From a virus (lineage: Duplodnaviria; Caudoviricetes): DNA of 55,364 bases. Below the pieces are notes generated by a model, which worked only from the letters and a program-made list of their open reading frames with translations, had not been told where the DNA came from and ran no database searches. The position numbers were made by a program, and so were the translations under genes. The DNA is taken from the IMG/VR virus record IMGVR_UViG_3300032073_000039, positions 1 through 55,364 of that record. One strand, 5' to 3'. Shown one piece after another: positions 29,221-39,101 of the stretch; the first letter of the stretch is position 1, and each line of letters starts with the position of its first letter.

Positions 29221-29378
29221 TGAAAAAATGGATTAACATACCAAATATTATAGTAGCTGGGTGGTTTGTAATAATAACAACCTTAGCAATACTAATGACA
29301 TCATGCTCAACACAGCATGAATGTATGGCATATGGCAATAAAAATGTGCAATATGCTGCCAACAAACATTACAAGTAA
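29220..29378 (+). CDS. 52-aa lipoprotein-like micro-protein
   Basis: TAATG coupling; MKKW...LAILMTS-C lipobox. Confidence 0.5.
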   Translation: MKKWINIPNIIVAGWFVIITTLAILMTSCSTQHECMAYGNKNVQYAANKHYK

Positions 29379-29449
29379 TTAATATACTAATACATTACTT
29401 GAATACAATAGTCAGACATACCGTGTTTGGTTAGGTAAAGTGGAAGAAG

Positions 29450-29490
29450 AAGAGGTAGGCTCTTATTATTAATCCTGCCTCTTTTTATTT
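29450..29490 (+). terminator. Terminator
   Basis: aagaggtagg/cctgcctctt stem plus U-tract. Confidence 0.65.
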
Positions 29491-29501
29491 AATAATACAT
29501 T

Positions 29502-30011
29502 ATGACAAGAATTTATAAAGAAACCCAAATTAACATACTATCTGAGTTAATGGCTAAAAGTAACATTAATGATCCTAATAAGAATGCAATACTTAATGCA
29601 CTTGTAGATAACTTAGATACTGACACTAAACAATTTATTATTGATAGAATATTTAGTAAATCAGATTATATACCAGTAACAAAAAACTGTTACTTCAAAA
29701 TACATAAAGATAATGCTTCCATACAACAGCATAGAAACACAGAGTATATGGAAGACATTATGAATGATATTGGTTTAATGGAAGATGATTATGTCTTTGG
29801 TCAAGTTGTTAGCTCAAAAAACTGGACTGATGAATTTGTTACACATTATAATCAATTTAGTACAGAGCTATTTTATCATGATAAGAAAAATAAGATCAAA
29901 AGATATGGTCTTGCTTTATCAATAAATGATATATTAGTAATTGAAAAAAACACAATACCTTACTTTAAAACAATAGAACATGGCAGCATACATATCCAAG
30001 GCGTTACTTGA
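29502..30011 (+). CDS. Hypothetical protein
   Basis: ORF. Confidence 0.6.
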   Translation: MTRIYKETQINILSELMAKSNINDPNKNAILNALVDNLDTDTKQFIIDRIFSKSDYIPVTKNCYFKIHKDNASIQQHRNTEYMEDIMNDIGLMEDDYVFGQVVSSKNWTDEFVTHYNQFSTELFYHDKKNKIKRYGLALSINDILVIEKNTIPYFKTIEHGSIHIQGVT

Positions 30012-30186
30012 AAAAGAATATAATGAACATAAATCAGGACTCAACATAGTCCCAATTGGAATGCCTTACACAACATTTGGAAAAATGATGAATGAAAAAT
30101 ATAGATTTAATGATAAAGAACTTGATGATCTTAACTTAAAAGAATCATTTAATCACATAAAAATTCATCATACTAAAAAAACATGA
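29980..30186 (+). CDS. Hypothetical protein
   Basis: ORF, ATGA-coupled to the next gene. Confidence 0.55.
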   Translation: MAAYISKALLEKEYNEHKSGLNIVPIGMPYTTFGKMMNEKYRFNDKELDDLNLKESFNHIKIHHTKKT

Positions 30187-30422
30187 AGCAATTTGGAATA
30201 GTTAACAAAGATATAATTACAGACCCTGAACTATCAGTTCAAGCAAAAGGACTTTACAGTTTATTATGTTGTTACTGCAACAGTAGTAGAAGATGTTATC
30301 CATCTATTAGTACATTAGCAGATTACAGTAACAAGAGCGTAAGATCCATAAGTCAATATATTAAAGAGTTAAAATCTAAAGGGTATATTACTAAATCTGG
30401 ACATTATTATTTTGTTAAATAG
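30183..30422 (+). CDS. Helix-turn-helix protein (HTH_36/replisome-organizer N-terminus-like)
   Basis: DPELSVQAKGLYSLL...CYPSISTLAD...SVRSISQYIKELKSKGYI. Confidence 0.8.
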   Translation: MKQFGIVNKDIITDPELSVQAKGLYSLLCCYCNSSRRCYPSISTLADYSNKSVRSISQYIKELKSKGYITKSGHYYFVK

Positions 30423-30505
30423 TTATAGCTATATAACTACTATTTATTTTTCTTAGATGTGTTTTTGAGCTATAAATTCTGATTTATATTATGTAATTTT
30501 AGTTC

Positions 30506-30769
30506 ATGATTTACCAATTATCTGATGGTCGTATAGTTGAGCTCTCTGTAGAGACATTTTTAGAACTTACTGATGAAGAAATTCATGAGTTAATTGGTCT
30601 AAGTTCTGTCTATACTAAAAATGTAGCAAGTCCTTTCTATGCACCATACAATCAAGGTAAAAAAACAAACATTATAGAAGAATTACCGGATGAATCAGAA
30701 ATAGAATTACCTGATCTAGATCCTCAAATATTACTGGATGATAATTACTTTCATCCTGATGATGAATAA
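30506..30769 (+). CDS. Acidic hypothetical protein
   Basis: ORF with D/E-rich tail; followed by a terminator. Confidence 0.6.
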   Translation: MIYQLSDGRIVELSVETFLELTDEEIHELIGLSSVYTKNVASPFYAPYNQGKKTNIIEELPDESEIELPDLDPQILLDDNYFHPDDE

Positions 30770-30787
30770 TTTATAATAAAACAAAGG

Positions 30788-30815
30788 AAAAAGGGGCTTT
30801 AGGGCCTCTTTTTTT
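30788..30815 (+). terminator. Terminator
   Basis: aaggggctt/gggcctctt stem plus U-tract. Confidence 0.65.
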
Positions 30816-30844
30816 ATATATACTAACCACTAAAAACCAACATT

Positions 30845-31390
30845 ATGTTATCAAAAGAACAAAAACAACAATTAGAAAGACAAAAAAATATAGAATTACT
30901 TAAGAAAAGAGAAGAAAGATACATGTTTTATGGTATTTATGAAGAATACACTAAAACTAGAGAGTTGGTACAAGTAATTGATTATACAAAACTAAACCCA
31001 CATCAGCATTTTTTATTTAAAAGAGTGTTACACGGTTTAAATATGTACACAAAACAAGAAGTTAATACTATGCACAGAGATAAGAAAAGAAGAATTATTA
31101 AAGTCTGGAAGCGTGGTCAAGCTGTTATCAATAAATGGAAACAGATAATTTCTAACAAAAAAATAAATCACTATCTTTATAAGACTTTTGGTGAAAATGA
31201 AAACGCAAAAGCATTATTAGAGATATCAGAGACAGATTATTTACCAGATTATACTAGTAGAGTTTCACTAAAAGATTTAGGAGTAAGGTATGAAGACCTT
31301 ATTCTTATGTTTATGAGAGAGAAATTATTACCAAATAACTATTTTGAATTAAAAAATGAGTATAAAAAAGGTATCAAAAAAAATGTCTAA
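30845..31390 (+). CDS. Basic hypothetical protein
   Basis: ORF with AAAACCAAC leader. Confidence 0.6.
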   Translation: MLSKEQKQQLERQKNIELLKKREERYMFYGIYEEYTKTRELVQVIDYTKLNPHQHFLFKRVLHGLNMYTKQEVNTMHRDKKRRIIKVWKRGQAVINKWKQIISNKKINHYLYKTFGENENAKALLEISETDYLPDYTSRVSLKDLGVRYEDLILMFMREKLLPNNYFELKNEYKKGIKKNV

Positions 31391-31628
31391 AATAAATTCT
31401 GAGTATTCTAAGTTAAGAAAAGAATTTTTACAAAATCATCCAATGTGCCATGCAAAGATCCATAAGTGTTCTTTGCGGGCAACGGATGTACATCACAAAA
31501 AAGGACGTGGCATTCATCATCTTGATATAAACACCTGGTTACCAGTGTGTAGAAGTTGTCACATGTGGATAGAAGTTCATCCACTTGAAGCAAGTGAACT
31601 TGGTTTTTCAGAATCTAAAATAAATTAA
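31356..31628 (+). CDS. Small HNH-family/Zn-finger nuclease
   Basis: CHAKIHKC..ATDVHHKKGRG...WLPVCRSCH. Confidence 0.7.
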   Translation: MSIKKVSKKMSKINSEYSKLRKEFLQNHPMCHAKIHKCSLRATDVHHKKGRGIHHLDINTWLPVCRSCHMWIEVHPLEASELGFSESKIN

Positions 31629-31630
31629 TT

Positions 31631-32014
31631 ATGAAATGGGATAAAAGTGAATGGCAAGGACGTACAAAAAGTAATGTAGAATTTTCTACTGGAGTAGCAG
31701 GTATAAGTATTATAGTATTTTTAGTATTATTGTTATATGCTGCAGCTGTAAGTGGTCAATCTTATTATAAACATGAATCAAGTACACCAACTGCTGATTT
31801 ATGGAAAAACTCTAGTACTACTAAACAACAAAGGTTTAAACCTCAATCTTATTTATATTTAAATAATCATAGGATGCAAGTAGTAATGTTACCTGTTAAC
31901 AGACAAGTATATAATTTTTATAACCCAACAGTTTACAGATTTATACCAAATAATAACATATACTATGTTCCTAATACTAACTTAATTAATTATGGATATT
32001 ATTTACAGAGATGA
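31631..32014 (+). CDS. Membrane-anchored hypothetical protein
   Basis: TM segment at aa 22-41; Y/N-rich tail. Confidence 0.5.
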   Translation: MKWDKSEWQGRTKSNVEFSTGVAGISIIVFLVLLLYAAAVSGQSYYKHESSTPTADLWKNSSTTKQQRFKPQSYLYLNNHRMQVVMLPVNRQVYNFYNPTVYRFIPNNNIYYVPNTNLINYGYYLQR

Positions 32015-33149
32015 TATACAGAAAAAAGCATTAGATATTGCCTATATAAATAGTAGATGTGGTTTAGGTATATCTATGGGTGTTGGTAAAACAAGGATTG
32101 GACTACAACATATGATGAAATTCTACAATTCTTTGTCAGAGTTTCTTGTTGTAGCACCAAAAAGATCTATATTTCAAGCTTGGCTTGATGAAATAGAAAA
32201 GCTTAATTATCATGTTCTTATACCACATATTACTTTTAGCACTTATTTATCATTAAATAAACAGGATCCAAAAAAATATGATTGTGTTTACTTAGATGAG
32301 TGTCATAGTTTAAAATATACTCATCAAGAGTTTCTTAAAAATTATAATGATAGAATATTAGGCTTAACAGGCACACCGCCTGCATACAAGAAAAGTGAAA
32401 AGTATAACATGGTAGAAAAGTTTTGCCCAATAATGTATACATTTTCTGTTGATGATGCTGCAGAAGGTAATATTCTTAATGATTATAAAATATATATACA
32501 CCATCTTAGATTAAGTAAAGAAAAAAACGTAAAGAAAAAAGGAAAGAATAATGGTGTGTGGTATACAAGTGAACTTAATGACTACAATTATAATTGTGAT
32601 AGAGTTATTCTTAAAAATGATAGATTATCCAAGATTATGAGGATGAAATCTATGATGGAATATCCAACTAAAGAAAAATATGCAAAGTTTCTTATAAATT
32701 TAGCAACAGATGATAAAAAAGTAATTGTATTTGCTAACACAACAAAACAAGCAGATAGATTATGTAAATATAGTTTTCATTCTAAAAATATGGACTCTGC
32801 AGATAATCTTGAATACTTTTCAGATGGTAGAATTAATAAGTTATCCTGTGTGTTACAGTTATCAGAGGGTGTTACAATACCAAATCTTACAACTGGTATA
32901 ATAATGCATGCTTATGGTAACAATAGAACATCAGCACAACGTATTGGTAGGCTATTAAGATTAAATCCAACAATGACGGCTAATTGTCATATACTATGTT
33001 ATGCAGATACTATTGATCAAAGATGGGTAACTAATGCTATTAAAGACTTTTCTATTGATAAAATTTATCATGTACCTGTTATTAATGGCAAACCTGGATC
33101 ACCAATTAAACAAGAAGGTTTGTATAGTAATTGGCCTAAATTTATATAA
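31992..33149 (+). CDS. SF2 DExH helicase
   Basis: GVGKT, VAP, LDECH, GLTGTP, EGVTIP, QRIGRLLR. Confidence 0.9.
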   Translation: MDIIYRDDIQKKALDIAYINSRCGLGISMGVGKTRIGLQHMMKFYNSLSEFLVVAPKRSIFQAWLDEIEKLNYHVLIPHITFSTYLSLNKQDPKKYDCVYLDECHSLKYTHQEFLKNYNDRILGLTGTPPAYKKSEKYNMVEKFCPIMYTFSVDDAAEGNILNDYKIYIHHLRLSKEKNVKKKGKNNGVWYTSELNDYNYNCDRVILKNDRLSKIMRMKSMMEYPTKEKYAKFLINLATDDKKVIVFANTTKQADRLCKYSFHSKNMDSADNLEYFSDGRINKLSCVLQLSEGVTIPNLTTGIIMHAYGNNRTSAQRIGRLLRLNPTMTANCHILCYADTIDQRWVTNAIKDFSIDKIYHVPVINGKPGSPIKQEGLYSNWPKFI

Positions 33150-33424
33150 TGAGAATAGATATTAAAACTTTAAATAAAATACAAAAAGAAATAGGTGAGT
33201 TTCAAGTTGGTGCAGAAGCACATATTAGAAAGTGGAATGATGAACGCCAACTTGTAACAAGCACATTGTCTCTTAGATTTGGATACTGGCAAATTATTGA
33301 TGTTGATAAATTAAACTCTATATTGCCAAAATATGTTAAATTAGTGGAAGAACTCGTTGATGAAGATGAATTTGGTAAACCATTAGTTTATTACAAACTT
33401 ATAGAAAATAGAAAATTAGAATGA
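33149..33424 (+). CDS. Hypothetical protein
   Basis: TAATG coupling. Confidence 0.6.
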   Translation: MRIDIKTLNKIQKEIGEFQVGAEAHIRKWNDERQLVTSTLSLRFGYWQIIDVDKLNSILPKYVKLVEELVDEDEFGKPLVYYKLIENRKLE

Positions 33425-33597
33425 TTGATGCTGTATTTAAAAAGACTTATGTGTTATTATCTTGGGATGAATCTCAAGTTTATATAAGAAAGAAATGGTT
33501 TTATAAAGAAGCCATAAGACATAATGATTCCTTTTTTGTGCCAATAAAATATATTTATAATGTACAAAAAGGATATAAAATTGAACCAAATGGGTAA
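33421..33597 (+). CDS. 58-aa hypothetical protein (not in track)
   Basis: ATGA overlap; MIDAVFKKTYVLLSWDESQ... Confidence 0.5.
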   Translation: MIDAVFKKTYVLLSWDESQVYIRKKWFYKEAIRHNDSFFVPIKYIYNVQKGYKIEPNG

Positions 33598-33826
33598 GAT
33601 GAAAGAATTATTTATGGAAACAAGGATGCATCACTATGAAGGTGATAATGATCCACATATACAGGAATTGGCTAATCAATCAATTGAAGAATTTATTTTT
33701 CATATGGAAGATGTACCTTGTCCTAACTGTAATCAAATAGGTTTAATCCGCAATAAAGATGAAGGAAGATGTGAGTATTGTGCTCAAGAATTTGTTTTTA
33801 TTGATAAAACAATAAGATTTAAATGA
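33590..33826 (+). CDS. Zn-ribbon protein
   Basis: CPNC...CEYC; probable start MGKMKELF at 33590. Confidence 0.65.
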   Translation: MGKMKELFMETRMHHYEGDNDPHIQELANQSIEEFIFHMEDVPCPNCNQIGLIRNKDEGRCEYCAQEFVFIDKTIRFK

Positions 33827-33885
33827 TTATAATATCAGATCCAGGTGATGAACAACCTGGTACACATGTGTATTCAAAAAAATGA
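33823..33885 (+). CDS. 20-aa peptide MIIISDPGDEQPGTHVYSKK
   Basis: ATGA overlaps at both ends. Confidence 0.4.
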   Translation: MIIISDPGDEQPGTHVYSKK

Positions 33886-34025
33886 TAGTGATGTTTGAAA
33901 ATATAAATATAACTCAGTCTGAACCTACAGAATGGAGTGAACCAGATACAACATTAGAAAATATAATTTTTAACTATATATATACAGAAGATATGAAACC
34001 TTATATATTTCCGCATGAAAGATAA
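33882..34025 (+). CDS. 47-aa micro-ORF
   Basis: ATGA-coupled start; overlaps the start of 34015. Confidence 0.4.
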   Translation: MIVMFENINITQSEPTEWSEPDTTLENIIFNYIYTEDMKPYIFPHER

Positions 34026-34398
34026 TATATTTTTAAAGCTCTCTGTTAAAGATGGAGAGCTTGATTTTCCTGCAAAAATTAATAAAACTAGATTAAATAC
34101 ATTTTTAAAATCTTTACCTGATGGTGCAAGATTAGAAATGTTTATAAGTGCATCTGATGACAATGGTACAAATGCACAGTTAGCAAGATTACATGCAATG
34201 ATAAGAGAAATTGCAAATGATCTAGGTTATACTTTTCAAGAAATAAAATTAATGGTCAAAAGAGAAACAGGTTTATGTTTTATGAAAAACAAAACAGAAT
34301 ATTGTAAATCTTTTGCAGATTGTGATAAAAGTGAACTAAACTTATGCATTCAAGAATGTGTAAGATTAGGTGATTTTAATGGGATACAATTAAGATAA
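34015..34398 (+). CDS. NinB/Orf-like recombination protein
   Basis: TNAQLARLHAMIREIA and KSFAD...EL patterns. Confidence 0.5.
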   Translation: MKDNIFLKLSVKDGELDFPAKINKTRLNTFLKSLPDGARLEMFISASDDNGTNAQLARLHAMIREIANDLGYTFQEIKLMVKRETGLCFMKNKTEYCKSFADCDKSELNLCIQECVRLGDFNGIQLR

Positions 34399-34854
34399 TT
34401 GTTGTGGATCGTAGATTTTCATAATTTCTTTTGCAAGATCTGTTGCTCCGGCTACATCACCTTTTTCTACTTGTTTAGACCAATCTTTAAGTAATCTTGA
34501 ATCAACCATTTTGTTTTCATCAATAATATGACCATCTTTTTCAGCTTCAAATGATAATATATTAATAAGCATGAATAAAGTAAAAAGCTTTTTTGTTTCA
34601 TGGTTCCAATCTTGGGCCAGTTCTTGTTGTTTTTTACTATCTTCAAGTTTTATATATTCATCAAAGTTTTGAAATATACTAGTTGCAGAACCTGCTTCTT
34701 TTTCATTAATTTGAAGTATTAACTCTACATATATTTCATGTAGACCATGTAAAAAACTTAAATGAATTGTAGGAGTAACAGTTTTAGTAAAGTCAAACCT
34801 CTTCATTGGTACTTGCTCTAGTGAATCTTTTGTTGCTTTTTCTTTCTTTGACAT
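34390..34854 (-). CDS. Hypothetical protein, lone minus-strand gene in the replication block
   Basis: 154-aa ORF filling the gap; no competing plus-strand ORF. Confidence 0.65.
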   Translation of the reverse strand: MSKKEKATKDSLEQVPMKRFDFTKTVTPTIHLSFLHGLHEIYVELILQINEKEAGSATSIFQNFDEYIKLEDSKKQQELAQDWNHETKKLFTLFMLINILSFEAEKDGHIIDENKMVDSRLLKDWSKQVEKGDVAGATDLAKEIMKIYDPQQLS

Positions 34855-34877
34855 AATATAAAATTTATATAAAAATA

Positions 34878-35579
34878 ATGAATAAAATTAATATAGACAT
34901 AAATAACATTAAAAAAAAATTTAAGAACAGATTATTAGATACAGGCTGGGAAGATGTTTTCTATCCTTTTATAGATAGTGATCTATTTCAAGAAATTATA
35001 TACAAACTAAAAGCTGAAGTTGAAGATGAACGCAGATTTACTCCTAAACTTAATTTTATATTTAGAGCTTTTGAAACTTGCCCATTAGATAAATTAAAAG
35101 TTATTATAATTGGTCAAGATCCTTATCCACAACTTGGAGTTGCTGATGGAATATCTTTTAGCTGTTCTTTTACTGATAAAGAACAACCATCCCTTAAATA
35201 TATATTTAATGAATTAGGAAATCAATATCCAAAAATCAAAAGAGATCCTGATTTAGAAAGATGGTCACAACAAGGCGTGCTTATGCTTAATACTGCATAT
35301 ACAGTGCAAATTGGTAAAATTGGTAGTCACTATGATTTATGGAAACCTTTTACACATCATGTATTACAATACATAAATAGAATTAAAAAAGATATGCCTG
35401 TTGCATTATTAGGTAAAAAAGCAGAAGAATGGCAGATAAGGCTTGATAATCAGAATATTATGAAAGTACCTCATCCTGCATCTGCAGCGTATAGAGGTGG
35501 TAATTGGGACTCCAAAAATTTATTTATAAACATAAATGATGCACTAAAAGCTCAAGGTAAAACTTTAATATCTTGGTAA
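34878..35579 (+). CDS. ung: Uracil-DNA glycosylase (family 1)
   Basis: GQDPY, GISFS, GVLMLN, HPASAAY. Confidence 0.92.
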   Translation: MNKINIDINNIKKKFKNRLLDTGWEDVFYPFIDSDLFQEIIYKLKAEVEDERRFTPKLNFIFRAFETCPLDKLKVIIIGQDPYPQLGVADGISFSCSFTDKEQPSLKYIFNELGNQYPKIKRDPDLERWSQQGVLMLNTAYTVQIGKIGSHYDLWKPFTHHVLQYINRIKKDMPVALLGKKAEEWQIRLDNQNIMKVPHPASAAYRGGNWDSKNLFININDALKAQGKTLISW

Positions 35580-35609
35580 TTTTTTGTACATTTATAAACA
35601 TTATTAGAG

Positions 35610-36050
35610 ATGAGAAAAAAAGATGAATTTGAGATTATAGAGAATGAAATACATAAGTTTAAGAGTAAGATAAATACCAAATATAAACAAGAAGTTTATG
35701 TTATAATCAGAAATTATATACACTTAGATTCATTGTATGATTGTGTGCTTATGTCATGCAATGAGAATGATAATCAAATATATGATATATTAAAAGATAA
35801 AGGTGTATCATCTAGGACAACACTTGTTTGTAATTATATACATAGTTTTTATCATATTGCAAATAAATTAGGTTTTCCAAAATTAAGGATTGCAAAGTTT
35901 ATGGGTAAAAATCATGCAACAATAATAAATGGTATTAAAAAAGCACAGAATAGACTTGATTTAGAAGATGATAATGATTTTTTATTTATATATGATAACA
36001 TAAAACAAAAAGTAAATATATATGTGGGAACTATTTCAGAAGATACTTAA
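35610..36050 (+). CDS. DnaA C-terminal (domain IV)-like HTH protein
   Basis: IAKFMGKNHATIINGIKK resembles the DnaA signature IG..FG.RDHTTV. Confidence 0.6.
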   Translation: MRKKDEFEIIENEIHKFKSKINTKYKQEVYVIIRNYIHLDSLYDCVLMSCNENDNQIYDILKDKGVSSRTTLVCNYIHSFYHIANKLGFPKLRIAKFMGKNHATIINGIKKAQNRLDLEDDNDFLFIYDNIKQKVNIYVGTISEDT

Positions 36051-36603
36051 TTATAAATTAACTCCAAATCAATGTTGGATATTATTTTCTTTTAAAGAAG
36101 GTGTATCTCCAAATGTGATTAGTGAAGATGATATAAATGATTTAATTAAAGAAGGTTATTTAGATAATAATAATAATATTACAGTAGATGGTGATATGCT
36201 AATTACTGTATTAGATGGTTATTTTAAAACTCAAAAGAGTAAAACAACCAAAAATTTATTAGGTAAATCTGGAGCACTTAATGTAGATCAATATAGAAAG
36301 ATTTTTCCAGCAGGTAAATTACCTTCAGGAGTTCCGTCTAGGAATAATGTAAAAATTCTTACAGAAAATTTTAGATGGTTTTTCAGTGAATATGATTATA
36401 CCTGGGAAGAAATAATGTCAGCAACTAAAATGTATGTTAATGAGTATAGAAATAATAACTATATGTACATGCAAAATAGTCAATACTTTATATCAAAGCA
36501 AGATAAACATAGAGTAAAAAGATCACAACTAGCTGATTATTGTGATATGATACGTGAAGGTATAGAGCCTGATGATAAACACTTTGAAGAAAAAGTAGTA
36601 TGA
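36022..36603 (+). CDS. Conserved protein upstream of DnaB (replication initiator/loader candidate)
   Basis: wHTH-like N-terminus; YMQNSQYFISK; position. Confidence 0.45.
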   Translation: MWELFQKILNYKLTPNQCWILFSFKEGVSPNVISEDDINDLIKEGYLDNNNNITVDGDMLITVLDGYFKTQKSKTTKNLLGKSGALNVDQYRKIFPAGKLPSGVPSRNNVKILTENFRWFFSEYDYTWEEIMSATKMYVNEYRNNNYMYMQNSQYFISKQDKHRVKRSQLADYCDMIREGIEPDDKHFEEKVV

Positions 36604-36788
36604 AACCAATGAACATTAAAAAAAAAGATAGATTACATGGAAATGATTTTTTAAGAATTGGCAATGAATATCAATCTATTAATGATTGGATAAGAAATGA
36701 TTCAGAAAAATTATTTAAAACATTAAATGATAGAAAGATTTATCTTGAATACAAAAGTTATAAAGATTTATTAGAAAAAGTAATATGA
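36600..36788 (+). CDS. Hypothetical protein
   Basis: ATGA coupling. Confidence 0.5.
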   Translation: MKPMNIKKKDRLHGNDFLRIGNEYQSINDWIRNDSEKLFKTLNDRKIYLEYKSYKDLLEKVI

Positions 36789-36925
36789 AAAAATATAAGT
36801 TTGATGAACTAAGTGATGAAGAAAAAAAAGCAATATATGATTACTGCAAGGTTGAAGATCTTATGGGTCAAGAGCTTGTTATTTCAAATTCATATAAATT
36901 AAAAGAGCTAAAAGAAAATGAGTAA
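36785..36925 (+). CDS. 46-aa hypothetical protein (not in track)
   Basis: ATGA coupling; MKKYKFDELSDEEKKAIY...; overlaps dnaB start. Confidence 0.5.
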   Translation: MKKYKFDELSDEEKKAIYDYCKVEDLMGQELVISNSYKLKELKENE

Positions 36926-37877
36926 AAAATCAGAACCGTCATGGGAAGGTCAATATGCTGCATTTAATGAAGCATTAAAATATATGTACAAAAGACAAAC
37001 CGGTGAGGAAAAGTCAATATATACACCATGGCCTAAATTCAATGATGCTACTACTGATGGTTTAGAGTGGAATACTCTTACTGTTATGGGTGGTAGACCT
37101 GGTTCTGGTAAAACTCTAATAAAAGATCAAATAATAAGAGAATCTTTTGAGCTTAATCCAAATGATGATTTTAGAGTATTAGAATTTCAATTTGAGATGG
37201 TTGGTAGAACATCTGCTATTAGAGAGTTTAGTTCTATTACTGGTAAAACATATAAAGAGTTATGCTCTGCTGGAAGTGTATTAAGTCCTGATATTATTAC
37301 TGAATGCCATGACTATGCTAAAGGTAGAGTTAAATATCCTGTTGATATTGTGAGTACACCAATGACTGTAAATCAAATGCGTGAGCAAGTTGATATGTAC
37401 ATGAATGAACATAAAGGTGCAAAAACAATAATAACGTTAGATCATACTATACTTGTTAAAAGAGCACCCTATCAAAATAATAGATTAGATATGTTATTTG
37501 AACTTGGTGAGTTTTTTACACAAGTAAAACGTGAATATCCATGTTTATTTATAGCTTTATCACAACTCAATAGAAATATTGATAATCCTGATAGAGCTGT
37601 TGATGGTAAGTATGGTAATTATGTATTAGAATCAGATATTTTTGGATCAGATGCTATGTTACAGCATGCTGATACTTTAATTGGTATTAACCGTCCAGCT
37701 AAACAAAAGATAAAATATTATGGTCCTGATAGATATGTAATTGAAAATGATAGAACTTTGGTTTTACATTTTCTTAAGGCAAGAAACGGTGATGCAAGAA
37801 TGAGTTTTTTCAAAGCTGAATTTGAGAAAATGGAAATTTCTGAAATGCAAACTCCACCTCAACAACAAAGAAGATAA
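36918..37877 (+). CDS. dnaB: DnaB-like replicative helicase
   Basis: GGRPGSGKT, FEM, LDH, LSQLNR, KARNG. Confidence 0.9.
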   Translation: MSKKSEPSWEGQYAAFNEALKYMYKRQTGEEKSIYTPWPKFNDATTDGLEWNTLTVMGGRPGSGKTLIKDQIIRESFELNPNDDFRVLEFQFEMVGRTSAIREFSSITGKTYKELCSAGSVLSPDIITECHDYAKGRVKYPVDIVSTPMTVNQMREQVDMYMNEHKGAKTIITLDHTILVKRAPYQNNRLDMLFELGEFFTQVKREYPCLFIALSQLNRNIDNPDRAVDGKYGNYVLESDIFGSDAMLQHADTLIGINRPAKQKIKYYGPDRYVIENDRTLVLHFLKARNGDARMSFFKAEFEKMEISEMQTPPQQQRR

Positions 37878-37878
37878 A

Positions 37879-38394
37879 ATGATAACAACAACAAAAGTAA
37901 AAAAAATGAGCCCTGAAGAAAGAAAAACAAAAGTTAATGATTTAAGAAAGCAACATGCTTCTCTTAACTCAGATGATTTATATATACCTAAAATGGCTTA
38001 TAGACCATCAGGTAAAGATGAATTATATGTTTCATTCTTTCCAAGTGAGTTACAAAAGAATAAAGATATATATACAGAGTTCGTTAGTATTGAATATGAT
38101 TCAGAAGATCCTAAAAGAACATTATATTTATGGGAACATAATCCTAACTGGAAAGAAGACTATGAATTAGTTGTATCTAATTCTGGTTTTGAAAGACATA
38201 TAATTCCTGTTTCTGATTTAAAAATTATTAGTGATATTAATACTAAGAAAAAAGAAGAGCAGATAATTAAATTAGATGAGCTAGCTAATCTACCAAATCC
38301 AGATGATAAAAATCAAATGGAAGTATATTTAGGTAGGATTGCAAATGCTCTTGAGAATATACATGAACAATTAACAATTAATAATTTAAAATAA
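37879..38394 (+). CDS. Hypothetical protein
   Basis: Start revised to ATG at 37879. Confidence 0.6.
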   Translation: MITTTKVKKMSPEERKTKVNDLRKQHASLNSDDLYIPKMAYRPSGKDELYVSFFPSELQKNKDIYTEFVSIEYDSEDPKRTLYLWEHNPNWKEDYELVVSNSGFERHIIPVSDLKIISDINTKKKEEQIIKLDELANLPNPDDKNQMEVYLGRIANALENIHEQLTINNLK

Positions 38395-39077
38395 TGGCAC
38401 AAAGTATATTAGTTATTGCTGATTCAGGTACTGGTAAATCAACATCTATCAGAACTTTGGATCCTAAAGAAACGTTTATTGTAAATATTGCAAATAAACC
38501 ATTACCTTTTAAAGGTTGGAAAGGAAATTACACTATGATTTCTAAAGATAACCCTAAAGGTAATATGACAGGTGCTTCATCTGCTAATGGTATTATAAAA
38601 GCAATTAAACATGTAAATGATAATATGTCACACATCAAAAATTTAATTATTGATGACTGGCAGTATATGTCTAGCTTTGAATATTTTGACAGAGCAAATG
38701 AAAAAGGTTATGATAAGTTTACTCAGATTGCATCTAATTTAGCGCAAGTTGCTAAGATGCCTAAAGATCTAAGAGATGACTTATATGTATTTTTCTTAAC
38801 TCATTCAGAAGAATCAACAGATATTAATGGACATAGAAAAGTTAAAGCTAAAACTATTGGTAAAATGATAGATAATACTTTAACTCTAGAAGGCTTATTC
38901 TCTATTGTGCTTTTCGGTAGAGTAATAAAAGAGGAGGATGGTAAACTTAACTATGGTTTTGAAACACAAAACAATGGTGAGAATACTTGTAAATCTCCAA
39001 TGGGTATGTTTGATGATGAATTTATAGATAACAATCTACAATACGTCAGAGAATGTATTCAAAAGTATGAAGAGTAA
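38394..39077 (+). CDS. AAA_24/Sak4-like ATPase
   Basis: ADSGTGKST, IIDD, FLTH, CKSPMGMF. Confidence 0.8.
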   Translation: MAQSILVIADSGTGKSTSIRTLDPKETFIVNIANKPLPFKGWKGNYTMISKDNPKGNMTGASSANGIIKAIKHVNDNMSHIKNLIIDDWQYMSSFEYFDRANEKGYDKFTQIASNLAQVAKMPKDLRDDLYVFFLTHSEESTDINGHRKVKAKTIGKMIDNTLTLEGLFSIVLFGRVIKEEDGKLNYGFETQNNGENTCKSPMGMFDDEFIDNNLQYVRECIQKYEE

Positions 39078-39101
39078 ATGTTAAATTAAAAGTAAATAAA
39101 T

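Noticed and set aside
29463-29472. Terminator loop TTATTATTAA matching the scaffold upstream region (15138-15147)
   Set aside because: All-AT 10-mer in an AT-rich genome
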